A DNA stretch of 54,492 bases, the filler included, from Squatina squatina (taxonomy: Eukaryota): assembly GCA_031763465.1 (NCBI GenBank). It is 3 parts of 3 records of this genome, joined end to end, with 100 filler letters (N's around TTAATTAATTAA, not from the genome) between each part and the next. Parts side by side here need not be neighbours in the genome. Positions count along the whole stretch, not along the records: positions 1 to 19,796 come from JARFOE010000115.1; 2 more parts are not named here. One strand, written 5' to 3'. The position numbers and the translations under genes are program-made. How positions within the stretch are numbered: the stretch's first letter is position 1; each line of letters opens with the position of its first letter. The notes beneath the pieces were generated by a model. The model worked only from the letters and a program-made list of their open reading frames with translations, ran no database searches and had not been told where the DNA came from. Shown one piece after another: positions 1 through 12,730 of the stretch.

Positions 1-182
1 AGCTTGCATTGAGTTTCATTGGAACAGTGTAACAGGCCAAAGACAGAGAGATCAGAGTGGGAATGAAGTGGAGAATTGAAGTAACAAGCGACTGGAAGCT
101 CGGCGTGAGGCTTACGGACTGAACGAAGGTGTTCTGCAAAGCGGTCACCCAATCTACGTTTGGTCTCCCAAATGTAGAGGAG
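1..182 (-). mobile_element. Penelope-like retroelement, GIY-YIG endonuclease fragment
   Basis: Minus strand reads LLYI(W)ETKRRLGDRFAEHLRSVRK, matching the YIGETKRRL..RF.EH GIY-YIG motif; degenerate. Confidence 0.8.
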
Positions 183-469
183 CAAATGCAGTATACTCTA
201 TCAGTATGGGCTGGAGTAGAACTCGGGACCTTGTATGATGGCCTACTGCTTCAATCAGTTCCTATTTTATTAGCAATGAAAAAGAATAGTTTCACTAAGT
301 TATTTAGCCTTATAATTGCATATTTGTGTAATTGTATTTAAAATGTATTAATGGTGGGTGTATCTACAAATCCAAATATCATTTATAGGGGCACATATGG
401 CTAATAGAGAACGTTTAGTGTTTTAATAAAGCTGCAGAGTGAATTTACACCATACATTTTCTCTTAAAG

Positions 470-496
470 GTTTGTGTGTTAGATCTGCGGAAATAG
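470..496 (+). CDS. TBL1XR1: TBL1XR1 (TBL1 family WD40 co-repressor) terminal coding exon, VCVLDLRK*
   Basis: Acceptor ttttctcttaaag|GTT TGT GTG TTA GAT CTG CGG AAA TAG is the TBL1X/TBL1XR1 C-terminus. The following UTR matches my recall of the human TBL1XR1 3'UTR, and a convergent NAALADL2 in the same block fits TBL1XR1 rather than TBL1X. Confidence 0.88.
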   Translation, partial: VCVLDLRK

Positions 497-1800
497 CGCT
501 GCTAGCTGGAAGCCATGGACCGACAATGAATGTGTACATAGCCAAAATGACTGTCCCTGCCCTATGCACTGCTACAGTCTCACTTGAACCATGGCCAGTC
601 CACTACAGCCAAAACAAGTCAGAATGGAAAACCCAGGACAACTGAGCCCTGATGTGAAGAGTACCCTGACTGCTTAATGCTGGAAGCTCCACCCACAAAG
701 TCAACCTTTCTTGAAGATTTAAAACAACTTGAAAAAGACTTGACATGAGACCATATGTGTACCAAAATGGGAAGATAATATCCGAGGACAAAATATCTTA
801 TCTTTTATTTTTTTGGTCCAGAGTCTATGTAGAATGAGTTATCTTGTCAGCAGTTCAGCAGATCTGTGTGCAGACATATCAGCTTCTTTAAATCAGCAGC
901 AAATAGTTTGTTCCCTTGTTTTAAACATTGTTTTATCACTTTAGTTTACAGTTGCATGATGTAGGAGAGTGACTGTATCTTGTTTATCTTGTTTTTTTTT
1001 CCTACTGACACTTAACACACAATTAGAAAAAAACTTTTTTTATGGATACTATAAGCAAAATAACAGTGTATTTGGTATGTTTTTGGTACATTTTGTGGCT
1101 CACAAACTAATATGTGGGGAAACATAAAACCGCTCCAAAACTCAACATAAAATTAGTTTCATTGTACATCAGTCATAGGTAACAAGCTGTGGTTTACAGG
1201 TGATGTGGCTAAAATGTAGTAGTTTCTCAATGGGGACATGATTCTGCCGATTTTATGAGAATTAAACAAATGGGCACAAAGAAAGAGAATCGATGCAGGG
1301 ATGCATCCCATTGCTTTAAGACCATAGTTTGCATATGGTTGGATTGTGCACTATTGATAGAGCAGCTTATAGAATTTTGAAAGAGAAGTTTTCTGGACAG
1401 AGGATTATTGCTGTTGTTCTACTATTCTTTGGTAGAACTACAGGCATAAATTTTGCAGCAAGATTCCAGTATTAAGGACTGATGTCTCGTAAGCAATGTT
1501 TTTAAAACCTATCCAGTGCAATGAGAGAAACCCCCCTCTGCCATTGGGCAGAAATCATGCAGGCATATGTTTTATGTTGATGCTGAGGTAAGGGTTGACT
1601 TTGCTTTAATTTTCTGAAGCACAGTATCTCTAAACGGCCATCTCTTTGAACTCTGAAGTTGCCTTCTTGGGCTTGATAGTGTTGTAATTCTGCAGCTGAT
1701 ACACTAAGATACTGAAACAAAGTGTCATATTTCACTAATAAGATTACTCTAATTTAGTAGCAGCTGTAATTATTGCATATTAATTCTATAATAATAAAAC
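497..1800 (+). other. TBL1XR1: TBL1XR1 3'UTR (proximal part, conserved blocks; end uncertain)
   Basis: Begins GCGCTGCTAGCTGGAAGCCATGGACCGACAATGAATGTGTACATAGCCAAAATGACTGTCCCTG (first G is the last base of the stop); later blocks TTTGGTACATTTT and GGTGATGTGGCT also recalled from the mammalian UTR; U-rich. Confidence 0.7.
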
Positions 1801-1920
1801 ACTTTAACACTATTTTAACTACAAATAATAATCACCAACACTACCTTACTCACCCTCCCGTCCCATTGTTTCCCACTGTTTTTGTTCTATTTTTATTTTT
1901 CTAATTTTAATCTATTTTGT

Positions 1921-2040
1921 CCAACCAAAGAGCCAAGGCTGTGGCACCACGAGTGGCTCAGCTGCACAGGAGGGGAGGAAAAAGAGTGGGAGAGCAACAG
2001 TCATAGGTGATTCCATCGTAAGGGGAACAGATAGGCATTT
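1921..2040 (+). mobile_element. CR1 LINE ORF1 fragment (SGNH esterase motif)
   Basis: Translates VIGDSIVRGTDRH, the GDS motif of the CR1 ORF1 esterase; cut by a gap. Confidence 0.8.
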
Positions 2041-4167
2041 NNNNNNNNNNNNNNNNNNNNNNNNNNNNNNNNNNNNNNNNNNNNNNNNNNNNNNNNNNNN
2101 NNNNNNNNNNNNNNNNNNNNNNNNNNNNNNNNNNNNNNNNTTAAAAATGCAAGGTCAGTTGCTTTTTTTGTCTAAAATAGAAACATGAGTAAGAAGGATT
2201 TCTGCACAAATGTTGGTTTTGTTTGTCCTTGGAGTAAAGTCTGTTGATGATCACATTGGGACTGATCATAGGTAACATTGTGTAATCAAATAGCTGCTAT
2301 ATATGCAGATATTCTACTGTGTCTGCACTACTGAAGTTGACCAATAAGTTCAGAATGATTCGTAGACATTTATTACGGGCTATTTGTCAAATGTAAATAA
2401 ATAATTAGGCAGCTTTATCACATTTGGAACAGAAAACCCACCGGTTTTATTATTTACTGGCCTTTTTGTTAGGTTGTTACACATTAAGGTGAAGAATGAG
2501 ACTGGTTTTATCATTCTCTCAAGCTCTGCCCTTCGCAAGTTTGCTGTGAAGTCCAAGTTAAATTAAAAATCCTTGCCTTCCCCTCCCCCTATTAAAGATG
2601 ATGTATGAAGCATCTGTCACTGTATGTTGATCTAAAGAATTGATGTTTGGATGGGTGAGCCCTAGCTAGTTTTTAATTGAGAAGTTAAAATCTTTCATTT
2701 AAATATTTAAAAAAAGTATACATCAGTGGCACAACATTTGTTGAGAACTGATGAGTAAGGTGGTAAACAGGCCAAATGCAATTTTTAAAAAATGAAATAA
2801 AAGATACAAGTAGCTGTTTTTTGGACCCAGCTGAAGGTAGAGGTGTAAGGACAGTTCTGAGTTCTCTTTTACTTAACTCCACATTTTGGATTGAAAAATT
2901 GCAAAAGGTTGGCAGGTATCTCCACTGGAATTAGTCAGGTGTGACCATCCAAAAATGGGGCAGCAGTGGAACCTCTCACCTGAACATGGGGATTTATCCA
3001 AATTGGTGTTTATGCAGTCGGCAGTTGTATGGATGGCAGCACTTCTNNNNNNNNNNNNNNNNNNNNNNNNNNNNNNNNNNNNNNNNNNNNNNNNNNNNNN
3101 NNNNNNNNNNNNNNNNNNNNNNNNNNNNNNNNNNNNNNNNNNNNNNATCAAAAGCGGGCATCACTTCCATTAATGGTGCATAATCAGGTCGGCCTCTGGA
3201 TTTTGCTCTTCACAGAAAAGTCGTGAGCCCCAGTTTAACTCCAGGCGCGAGGTCAGCAAGGGGTTGGCTGGGCTTGCCCCCAATTCACTGGCATGCAGCC
3301 AGGCCATTTGACCTCCCAGGATTCATTACGTAGTTCGGGCCAGACACCGGCCTTGAACTCAAAAGGAATGGCCTGAAGACTGGCAGGTGGGCGTAGGGCA
3401 AGGGTGGCAGAAAATTAACATCCATATTGTTCTTCTTGAACGTTATTTGGAAGGCTCATTAGTTCCTTTGCAAGTGCTGTTTTAGGAAGGGCTGCAAATG
3501 AAACTAGATAGTTGAAGCAAGTGAAGTCTTTAGGTTGGTGAAGACAGCATTAGGTTCATTCAGTGCTCAAGAGTCACGAGCATAAGAGGTGATGATTTCA
3601 GGGGATAGCGCTACAACTCTAGCACTGGATTTACATGTCTGCATCATTTCTACAGTTCTCACAAATTAAGATTTTAAAAATTGTGAACCTGTAAACCANN
3701 NNNNNNNNNNNNNNNNNNNNNNNNNNNNNNNNNNNNNNNNNNNNNNNNNNNNNNNNNNNNNNNNNNNNNNNNNNNNNNNNNNNNNNNNNNNNNNNNNNTA
3801 CAGATTCCAGTTTTTTAAAATCACCATTTTGTTTCTAACCTTTAATTTCCCTATAAAACAAAAAGTACCTGCAACCATTTTAACAGAAGACGTTTATTAT
3901 CGCTCACTGTTCTTAAAAGTATTCTAAAAATATTTCCAATATATAATTTTGATCCTCCCCTCCAGTATTTTTGTATATCTAACCTGTTTTTAAATATCTT
4001 GATTACTGCAGAGAAATTCTGCCTAATCGTTTACTATTCCCCCTTTCAAACTCTTGCAATTTCTTTTACTAACTTGCTCATCAAATTTCAGAAAACGGCA
4101 CAAAGTAAAATGACAAATATCATGTGGACTAGATATCAATCATATATCCATAAATGAGTAGTGGGAG

Positions 4168-4278
4168 CAATGTTTCCTGTAAGCTGCGTGGCCGGCTTCC
4201 TGGCTTTTCAATGTAAAAGCTGTGCTTGTGTGGTATTTTGAATGCCCTGCGTAGCCCAAAAAAATACAGGGACCATTG
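4168..4278. mobile_element. hAT-type MITE
   Basis: TIRs CAATGTTTCCTGTA / TACAGGGACCATTG (12/14 complementary) with an 8-bp TSD AGTGGGAG / GGTGGGAG (7/8). Confidence 0.75.
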
Positions 4279-4594
4279 GGTGGGAGCTATGCGGGAAATG
4301 GATATTAGTAGTGAAATGATGTCGAAACGGTTGGAGTCCACAGCACATCCTCGTGGCCTAAGTATTTTTTAAGATTTATTGACAGGACTATAAATTCTGA
4401 AAGGGATTTATTAAACCTCTTAAATGAGCAGTTTTATTAAATGATACCAAATAGGATGAAATATTTTAATCTGAGTGATTTTTTTTGTCTAAAAAGAAAT
4501 AAGCTGACTTGCAATTTACAAATAAATACTTGGATGATTGGTATTTAGTATTAAGTGCAATAAAAAATCAAAAACCAATTTATTTCAATGGGTG

Positions 4595-4812
4595 AGACGT
4601 GTGTGTTTGTACGGGTGTCTGTGTGTATTTATCTGTGTGTTCGTAGTGGGGGTGAGTGTGTGTTGCGTGTTTGCATGTGTAACTGTGTGTGTGCGTATCT
4701 ATCTGCGGGCAAGTGTGTGTGTGTCTCTCTCTGTGTAACTATGTGTGTGTAAATGTGTATCTGTGTGTTTGTGTGTGTGTTATATGTGTAAGTATGTGTG
4801 TGTGTGTCTATC
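4595..4812. repeat. Degenerate (GT)n simple repeat
   Basis: Directly visible; explains the Cys/Val-rich spurious ORFs. Confidence 0.95.
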
Positions 4813-5262
4813 NNNNNNNNNNNNNNNNNNNNNNNNNNNNNNNNNNNNNNNNNNNNNNNNNNNNNNNNNNNNNNNNNNNNNNNNNNNNNNNNNNNNNNNN
4901 NNNNNNNNNNNNCTTAGCAGGTGCAAAGAATGTACAGGAAGGAAGAGGCACATTATAAAATATTACAGCTGACTGGAAAAATAAATGTCAATAAAGTAAA
5001 ACAGATATTTTAAAATAGCTTTCTCTGAAAAATTTAAAACACAAAGTTGTCCCATTTTTTGAAACTGATTCAAAACAATTGCTGCAGAAAATTATCAACT
5101 ATAAAAATAATCTTCTGTACTTATGTAATGCCACTTATGACACTCAAATATCACTGTAATGCTAGCTGTGATTAAATGTGATTGTAAGAGTCAGTGTTGC
5201 TTTAAATGGATGAATTTGTGTGTAAAATACATTAGTATAACATATGGCAATAATGCACTCAC

Positions 5263-5350
5263 CAAAAAAATAGCTCCATACAAAAAACTGTTTTAATTTG
5301 TGTATATAGCTCTCACTTTTATTTACTGCCTCAATGTCCAACAATTCAGG
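5263..5350 (-). CDS. Candidate 88-nt internal exon of unknown gene (PELLDIEAVNKSESYIHKLKQFFVWSYFF)
   Basis: Strong acceptor (T-run, ctttcccaacag|) and donor G|gtgagt; only one of three frames is open (phase 0 to 1). Product not recognised. Confidence 0.45.
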
Positions 5351-6063
5351 CTGTTGGGAAAGAAAAAAAGCACAACACATCAAATCTAGGGGTCGACAAG
5401 CAAGGAGTAAATAATAGCTGTGTTGTCATCTCCACAGCAAAATGAATAAAATTATGTTACTGGCATGCTAACCTTACAGAAGTTTAATTACATAATTTTT
5501 TCGATCACAACCATTGAGGCATCATAAAATATTTCTGTAGCAGTTGGTTTCTGCCCGGGAGCTACTGAACTAATTTGGAAATTCTGCAATTTAACAGTAG
5601 GGGGCACTCACACACCGTACATTCAATCATACACTTGTAAAAAAATGCATCTGGAAATGTAAATAGGTCACGTACTTTCACTATTGGTTGAGTTATAGGA
5701 TCAGATGCAAGATTTTGTTAATAAATATTCAACAAAAGGAATGAATCATTGGAAATACTACTTCAACAGATGCTACATAGGTACAGCATTAAAATCAGAT
5801 CAGTACAGATTGATAAGAAAAATCACTNNNNNNNNNNNNNNNNNNNNNNNNNNNNNNNNNNNNNNNNNNNNNNNNNNNNNNNNNNNNNNNNNNNNNNNNN
5901 NNNNNNNNNNNNNNNNNNNNNNNNNNNTGTCCAAATCAAAGTAGTAGTTATAATTCAAACAGTCTTCTATTAGGAAATTAAATTCATATATATCAAGCAG
6001 ACTTATTCTTAACAGGCATGAACTTAAGCAGAGTGGTCAGCACAGATTTAATGGGATTTTTGG

Positions 6064-6495
6064 AAAGAAAGAACTTGCAATTATATAACACATTTCAGAG
6101 CCCCAAAGCACTTCACAGCCAATTAAGTAGTTCTTTAAAGTATAGTCATTGTTCTAATGTAGGAAAACATGTCAACCAGGTTGTACACTGCAAGGTCCTA
6201 AAAAAAATTAGGTAATGAGCAGTGATGTTGCTTGAGGGATAAATATATGGTACGTCACCAGGGACAGTTCCCATGCTCTTCTTCGAGTAGTGCCCTGGGA
6301 TCTTTTATGTTTACCTGAGAGGGATAGACAAGGCCTCGGTTTAATGTCTCAACTGAAAGGCGGCATCTCCTGCAGTACAGCACTTCCCCAGCACTGCATT
6401 GGAATGTCAGCCTAGATTATATGCTCCAACCCTGGAATGCAGTTTGAACCTACAACTTTCTGACTCAGCAGTGCGAATGCTACTAACGGAGCCTA
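6064..6495 (-). mobile_element. Deu-domain SINE (SacSINE1-like), near full length
   Basis: Reverse-complement homologue of the copy at 16876-17322: tRNA-like head, AAAGATCCC...TCGAAGAAGAGC core, TATA..TGCAAGTTCTTTC tail. Confidence 0.8.
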
Positions 6496-6884
6496 ACTGA
6501 CAAAGTGAAGGCAAATACCTCAACACATCTACCCAAGCACTCCAATAACTGAATGAAGAGCAGACAGGTGAGTGAGAAATTGGCACAGTGTGCTTTCAAT
6601 ATATTCCTATTTGTGCTATGTACCTCACTCTAATTTTTCCTGTGTGGGAGTATGGGGATGAAGGAATACAAATCATTGCCTAATTTTCAGTTTGCACTCC
6701 TTATCGTCGGTGCAAAAAAAAAGCAAATATGCAAGAAACTCAACAGTCGTCCATGAAATGATGGATTCACCCAATAGCCAACTCTGCAACCTGTTGTCTG
6801 TCTTAAAGCACCTGGGAAGTGACACACTGGGACAGAATGAACATATTTGTGACAGGATCCTAGGAAAATAGCAAACAGATGGGT

Positions 6885-7140
6885 TGGGAAAACAAATATG
6901 GTGATCTGCCACCCTAAGCAAAGCAGCTGTCACCTGGCTTACACAATTAGATATGGTGGACGAGCTGAAGCCTGTGCTATCACCTGCAGGGCCCTGAAAA
7001 GTGCCAGAAGCATAGAAGGTAAGAGCAGCTGCCACCTTCACTGCTACTGGCAGGGCTGTTTCTAAATCAGCTCCCAACTCCTGACAGAGGTCAAGAACTG
7101 TTTGCTTCAATAACTGAAATCTTTTCAGACATTGGTTGTC
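6885..7140 (-). mobile_element. PIF/Harbinger transposase relic (N-terminal HTH region)
   Basis: DNQCLKRFQLLKQTVLDLCQELGADL..ALPVAVKVAAALTFYASGTFQ...STISNCVSQVTAAL...HICFP, typical of HARBI1-like transposases. Confidence 0.85.
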
Positions 7141-8356
7141 AGGTCAGGAACATATAATCAGAGCTGATACAGTCACAAAGGATGCAAGCACATCTACAAC
7201 TGCTTGACTTTTTATTTGTATTCTGCCTCTCTGACACATGAAAGAAGAAATCCATCTTCTTGTGTTGTGCAGCATTTTTGTTACCCAAATCTGATTTTAG
7301 CTGGTGAATTTGTTTATGAAATTGTAATAGAAGATTGAAAGCACTGGGCAAATTGGCTGCTAATATCCCACAATTAATATAAGCAATTACACAAAGATGG
7401 CCATGGGCTTGCAAATATGAGCATAAATCCTAATTTCTGATTGTGCATACACCAGTTATGTTTACATATTTGCAAATAATGATCACACATTTCACACCAA
7501 ATTGAAATGAAGTCCTGAAAGCTTCAGCCTCGAGAAACATTTTGTATGGATTTCTGACAGGGTTTTTAGATTCCCAGGCTCTAATCACAATAAATGGAAT
7601 AGTACATGGTTCATACCCTTTGATTTTCTCTCCTTATTTTACCCCTTTTTGTTCCTCCCCACCTCTCGAAGGCTGGGGTACAGTACCACTGGCAGCAGGC
7701 GCCCTTCAGTACCAACCCCAAGTCTCCGTTCTCGATGCGTCAACAGGTCACTTGGCCTTGAACAGCATCACAACTGAGCATTATGAGAAACAATGGTATC
7801 GCAGCTAATTACTGGGAAAACAGAAGCATCATGAATAATTTCATTCAGAAACCCACAACTATTGGACATATTCCAAGATATTGTGTGAATCTGAGCAAGA
7901 AGCAAGTACTGCACTGAAGTCATGGTAAGAAGTTATAGCTGTGCAGCAAATGGTAAATTTACTGATCCTACACTCTCAGTGGGAGCTGCACTCAGAGGGA
8001 GCATTAGTCGAAGAATTGGGCTGGAGTAATCTAGCCCTATCTCTGACCCACCCTACCTCGAAGCGTGGGTCCTCATTGAAAACACAGGGTTTGTTAAGTT
8101 ACCCATAAATCTCTGTGAGAAACAGTATTGTGGCAAGCCACTGCAAGATGAATGAGCATCACAGTGAGCGGCTGAGAAACCAGATTGTCCCAATGACAGA
8201 TGGCAAAGCTCTGAGATATGAGCCCTCATCATCATCAGAAATAAGAATAACGTGTAAAATTGTGAAGAGATTAATTACTGTAAGAAACTGGAACACTGCA
8301 GAAAACTGCAGCAGGAAACAAGATCATAGAAAATACTTTTGAGGGCATAAGCTCAT

Positions 8357-8560
8357 GACTCCAGCAGGGAGCAGCGGATAGTGGTCAGGACAAAGAATCC
8401 TGGCTGATTTTTCCCTCGTTAGACCAAATGTGCTTAGACTAATTACAATATCCCACCGCTACCTCAACTGAGATCATCTAACTTACCACAGACTTGAGAA
8501 TGAACCTTGGACCGCCCTCATCGTTTATGGCTCACTTGTGCACTGGCATTGCATTTGTCA
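8357..8560 (-). mobile_element. tRNA-derived SINE resembling AmnSINE2 (5' half)
   Basis: Minus strand has GGTTCATTCTC..GTCTGTGGTAAGTTAGATGATCTCAG...GGGAAAAATCAGCCAGGATTC. Related pieces at about 7650-7780, 8620-8715, 26455-26640, 28625-28900, 32330-32565 and 40780-40960. Family name from memory. Confidence 0.5.
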
Positions 8561-9139
8561 ACTCAATCATTGTGGGACTTATTCATATGTGTTTTAAGGT
8601 TAAGGTCGCCTTTGATGATCTCGGCATATAGACTAGAAAGTTCAGGTTTGATTCTTAATCTATGTTAAGTTAGCTTGGTGTTACCATTGACTTCAGTACC
8701 TAAGGGTAGGTAGTGGTTTAAAAAAAGCCAGAGTTCACCACTCCTATGTAGTCACCACTGCTGTAAGTGCCCATGTGTGGGAGTGAGATAATGACAGGAA
8801 TANNNNNNNNNNNNNNNNNNNNNNNNNNNNNNNNNNNNNNNNNNNNNNNNNNNNNNNNNNNNNNNNNNNNNNNNNNNNNNNNNNNNNNNNNNNNNNNNNN
8901 NNGCCCACGCTGCAGGGAACATCCCATAAATTAACTTTCATGAGGTTTCTCCTTTTCCTCTGTCCACGTGAATTACTTCCATCTCTTGTCTTAATTGTAA
9001 CCTTGTACATGAGAAATTAATGTAATATGGAACTGCAGATAACCTGTATAAATTCTTACATCCATTATTATTTACTGCCTAACAAGCCTGTAAAGGTTTC
9101 AGCATGGACTACAGTTATTTGTTCTTACGAATAGGGGGA

Positions 9140-9332
9140 AATGTGGATTGAATCTGTCTCCAACAACATTTAGGCAGTTTATTCCAGATCCTAACCACTC
9201 GATGCATAAAAAAGTTTTTCTTCATGTTGCCTTTGGTTCTTCTGTGTCCTCTGGTTCTCGACCATTTCAGCAATGGGAACAGTCGCTCTCTACCTACTCT
9301 GTCTAGATCACTCAATATTTTAACACCTCTAT
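9140..9332 (-). mobile_element. CR1 LINE ORF2 C-terminal fragment
   Basis: DRVGRERLFPL..SRTRGH...KNFFMHRVVRIWNKLP. Confidence 0.85.
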
Positions 9333-9864
9333 TTCCAATTCAGATATACAATAAACATTTTAATGAACAACCTTGTCTGGGAAAAGTGCAAATTCTAATA
9401 TAGTGAAGTAAAGGTAAGTAAATAAAATGCTTTGGCTTAGATGTGCTCACTCTGATCTTCATTTATTTATATAAAGTACTTTAAAAATGTATTTGAAGGA
9501 TTCCCAAACATTTTCTGGGCTCTAAAAAATAACTGTATGAGAAAATGCTCCTGTGAGCCTTGTGAGTTATCTCCACCATGCGGCAATTTAAAATATACAC
9601 AGTACCCAACAGATTTTAGCTATTACTGAAAAAAAATTGTAGTCTTTCAATCACTTCCCAGCTGAGACGCTACGATTAAGGGGTGTTCTGTGAGTGATGT
9701 GTTTAAAATGATAAATTGATTCGATAGGGNNNNNNNNNNTTGTTGCAGCCACTCAACTTGTTACTGTATCATATTTGACAGAAAATAAAGAGCAAATGTT
9801 TTTGTAAAATATACGCAAACTATTGACAATTATTAATACAAGATAAATATTGTAGATTACTCAC

Positions 9865-10002
9865 GCTTCCAAAGATATATTAGAGTATATGATTATGTAG
9901 CCGGGTTCCACCTGATGTGTGACAGGCATGCTGGTGTTCAAGCCTCCGTCTAAAACTTTCCGCAGAGACGTCTGGGGAACAATGTCCAACACAGCCCAAC
10001 AC
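9865..10002 (-). CDS. 138-nt internal exon of putative Trp/Tyr-permease-like amino-acid transporter
   Basis: Acceptor cctttcttttgtag|, donor |gtgagt, phase 2-2, single open frame CWAVLDIVPQTSLRKVLDGGLNTSMPVTHQVEPGYIIIYSNISLE; joins in frame to exon 13136-13200. Confidence 0.75.
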
Positions 10003-10443
10003 CTACAAAAGAAAGGTAACAGAGATTAATTACTAATCTAAAGTTCTTTAGATTTACCACAATCACCTCAAACACCAAATGCGAAGACCCAATGATTCAG
10101 AATATCTGTGCTGCTGCCTCCATTGCTTTGAATCCAGCGTACTAACCATTTCACATGCATTATCAGGCACGATTAAATTTAACCCAAAGCTTCGACAGAA
10201 ACAGTTTGAGATAGAAGGTAACAGAGGAAGGGGAAGAGACAACAAATTGAGTAGAGAAACGAGAGTTGAGAGAGATTACTGAGAGACAGAAAAGAGTTTA
10301 AAGAGACAGGGATAAGAGAGGAGTTTGAGAGAATGAATGGTTGNNNNNNNNNNNNNNNNNNNNNNNNNNNNNNNNNNNNNNNNNNNNNNNNNNNNNNNNN
10401 NNNNNNNNNNNNNNNNNNNNNNNNNNNNNNNNNNNNNNNNNNN

Positions 10444-10785
10444 CCGGCAAAATTCCAGCCACAATGTGAGTTAGGATATAGGTATCAGAGTCTTGGATGA
10501 GCTGAAGTTTACAGTGGTTGGAGGATGGGGGCTAGCCAGGAGAGAATAGGAATAGTCAAGTGTGGAGGTGATAAAGGCATGGATGAAGGTATCAGTGGCA
10601 GATGGGCTAAGCAGGGGCAGAGACAGACAATGTTATGGAGGGGGAAGTACGCTGTTTTTGTGAAAAGAGTGTATATGGGGCTGGAACCTCAGTTCGGTGT
10701 TGAAAAGGATGCTGAGTTTGTTAACAGCCTGGTTCAATCTGAGACAGTGCCGGAGAGGTGGTTGGAATCGGTGATGAGAGTAGAG
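10444..10785 (-). mobile_element. L2 LINE ORF2 3' fragment
   Basis: Minus strand reads YFPLHNIVCLCPCLAHLPLIP then IHAFITSTLDYSYSLLAS, a frameshifted form of the L2 'LIHAFVTSRLDYCN' motif. Confidence 0.75.
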
Positions 10786-12654
10786 TTTATGAACTGGGGT
10801 GGAGGGCGAATGCACTACATACCTATCTATTCTATGTGATGGGCTGACCAGAGATCCCTCCCAAGATGCTACAGAACATTCAATAGAAACAGTGCCTTTT
10901 AGGGAGATGAGGTTTCATTGTTAGTTTGGAAAATTCCAACAGCAACCAATGCAGAACGAATTGCTCATATAGGTCTAGATTCTAACTACTCAAGGCAGAT
11001 GACCCCCTATAACTCTGTAGCTCTGGTTCTCTGACCTGTGCTTGCTTCTAGTGAGGCTGAGCACTGTCAGTGGAGCCTCAAAAAGATAACCGTTTTAAGT
11101 ACAGTTCTTGTATTTTTTTAAAAAAACTATTGGTTTTGAGAACAGTTTTGCTTAAGAATTATTCTGTCTGTTTATCTTTAGAACATGTTTAATTTTCAAC
11201 CATGTCAGCATATTATTATTCCAGACACAAAGGCACAAAATACAGTACTTGGGAAGTGATTGACTACAAAATGTAAAACCAACAGCTGTAATCATTATCT
11301 TGACAAATTGTATTTTCCGGTTCCTTTGCAGAGCTGATAAATGTAACAATAAATATCTAATGGAAGGTGAGTACTGCTGGAAATAATCCAGCCTTTTTGT
11401 TGTTTTGTAACCAAAGGACTCATCCATCTCACTTACACAAACCTTTTAGTTAAAGTAAACCATCAATCTGGAAAATATTCAAATTCACCTCCCATCACAA
11501 AGATAAAATTATCCATTGATCTATGCTCCATGTAACTTAATATGAGCATGAAAAAAAAATCATTGCCAGACCTAATTAGAATCTATATTTAATATCAGAG
11601 ACCACCTGCAGAGATCTGAGATCCTGGCAACCGACAAGCATGTGTGTGTGACCAATTTAAGACCTTTGGAAGTGACATTAATAAATAACAGACAAATGCT
11701 GATGGTAAATGTGGATAGAATAGAAAGGCCTATCAAAGTCCACTAAAAGCTTCATTACTAAAAAATGACATTCAGCAATAACAATGTGTGGCTAGTCACA
11801 ACTGATGGTTAAAAAATAGGAAACCGAATTGCCTGTAAATGTTGAAAACCATTAATGGATCCAGATTGTGGCATACACTGCTTTTGTAAGGGCAAATCCA
11901 AACTGTAAGTTTGCTGAAGTCCCGCGAATGTTTCAATCAGAGGATCATGTCAGAGTCAAATCGTGTGAAGTTGACGCCTCTAAAACAAACATGATGCTTC
12001 CTTGAAGTGCATTGAAAGCAAAAATCGTGTCTTGTTCACAAAGCTTTCTAGGCATCCCATTAATCCATTCCCCAAGGCGGATTTCCACCACGGCACTAAT
12101 AGGTTGTGGCCCTGGATAAAGTATAAGTGAGTAACACGGGCTGTAAATCAACAGTGAAGAGATCGAACCCTACTCAGGACGAACAGCTTCTGTTTCAAAC
12201 CAAAATTCCACCCGATGCAATGATAATCTGACCTCTTCCTCATTTTGCCAAGCCTGATTAATGGCTGCATCTTAGGGGGTTTATTTTCAAAGGGCTGTTT
12301 GTTGCAAACATCTTTTGTAAAAGCATTTGAAGCAAGCTTGTTATTTTTAAACCTACCAGCTGTCTGTCGGCAAAACCCTGGTACAGGTTTGATACCAAGA
12401 ACAGACTGACACAGAACAAAAGCAACACTGTGGACTTCAAACTGGCGTCTTTAACCAATTTTCTTATTCCTGTTTCAACTTGTCATGAAAACATCACACA
12501 AAGTGAACATTGTAACTATGAACACTCACTGAAAACTTGTCTTTCTTTTTCTATCTGTACGGTTGACTCAGCCCCTTTCTCACTCCTTATTTTATCTACA
12601 TCTCCCTCATCTTGCACCTTACTCTCTTCAGGCTCAACTCCTCTTTGGGACACA

Positions 12655-12730
12655 GAAAACATAGAAAATAGGAGCAGGAGTAGGCCATTCGGCCCTTCGA
12701 GCCTGCTCCGCCATTCAATATGATCATGGC
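12655..12730 (-). mobile_element. CR1 LINE 3' tail
   Basis: CATAGAAAATAGGAGCAGGAGTAGGCCATTCGGCCCTTCGAGCCTGCTCCGCCATTCAAT; same tail at 19437, 22503 (+), 41592 and 53230. Confidence 0.85.

Noticed and set aside
6673-7110. HARBI1 host gene
   Set aside because: Several degenerate Harbinger copies in the window with stops and frameshifts; these are transposon relics.
11332-11366. 35-nt plus-strand micro-exon (tttgcag|...GAAG|gtgagt, ADKCNNKYLME)
   Set aside because: Good splice sites but no partner exon or recognisable product, and antisense within the transporter intron; may be chance.
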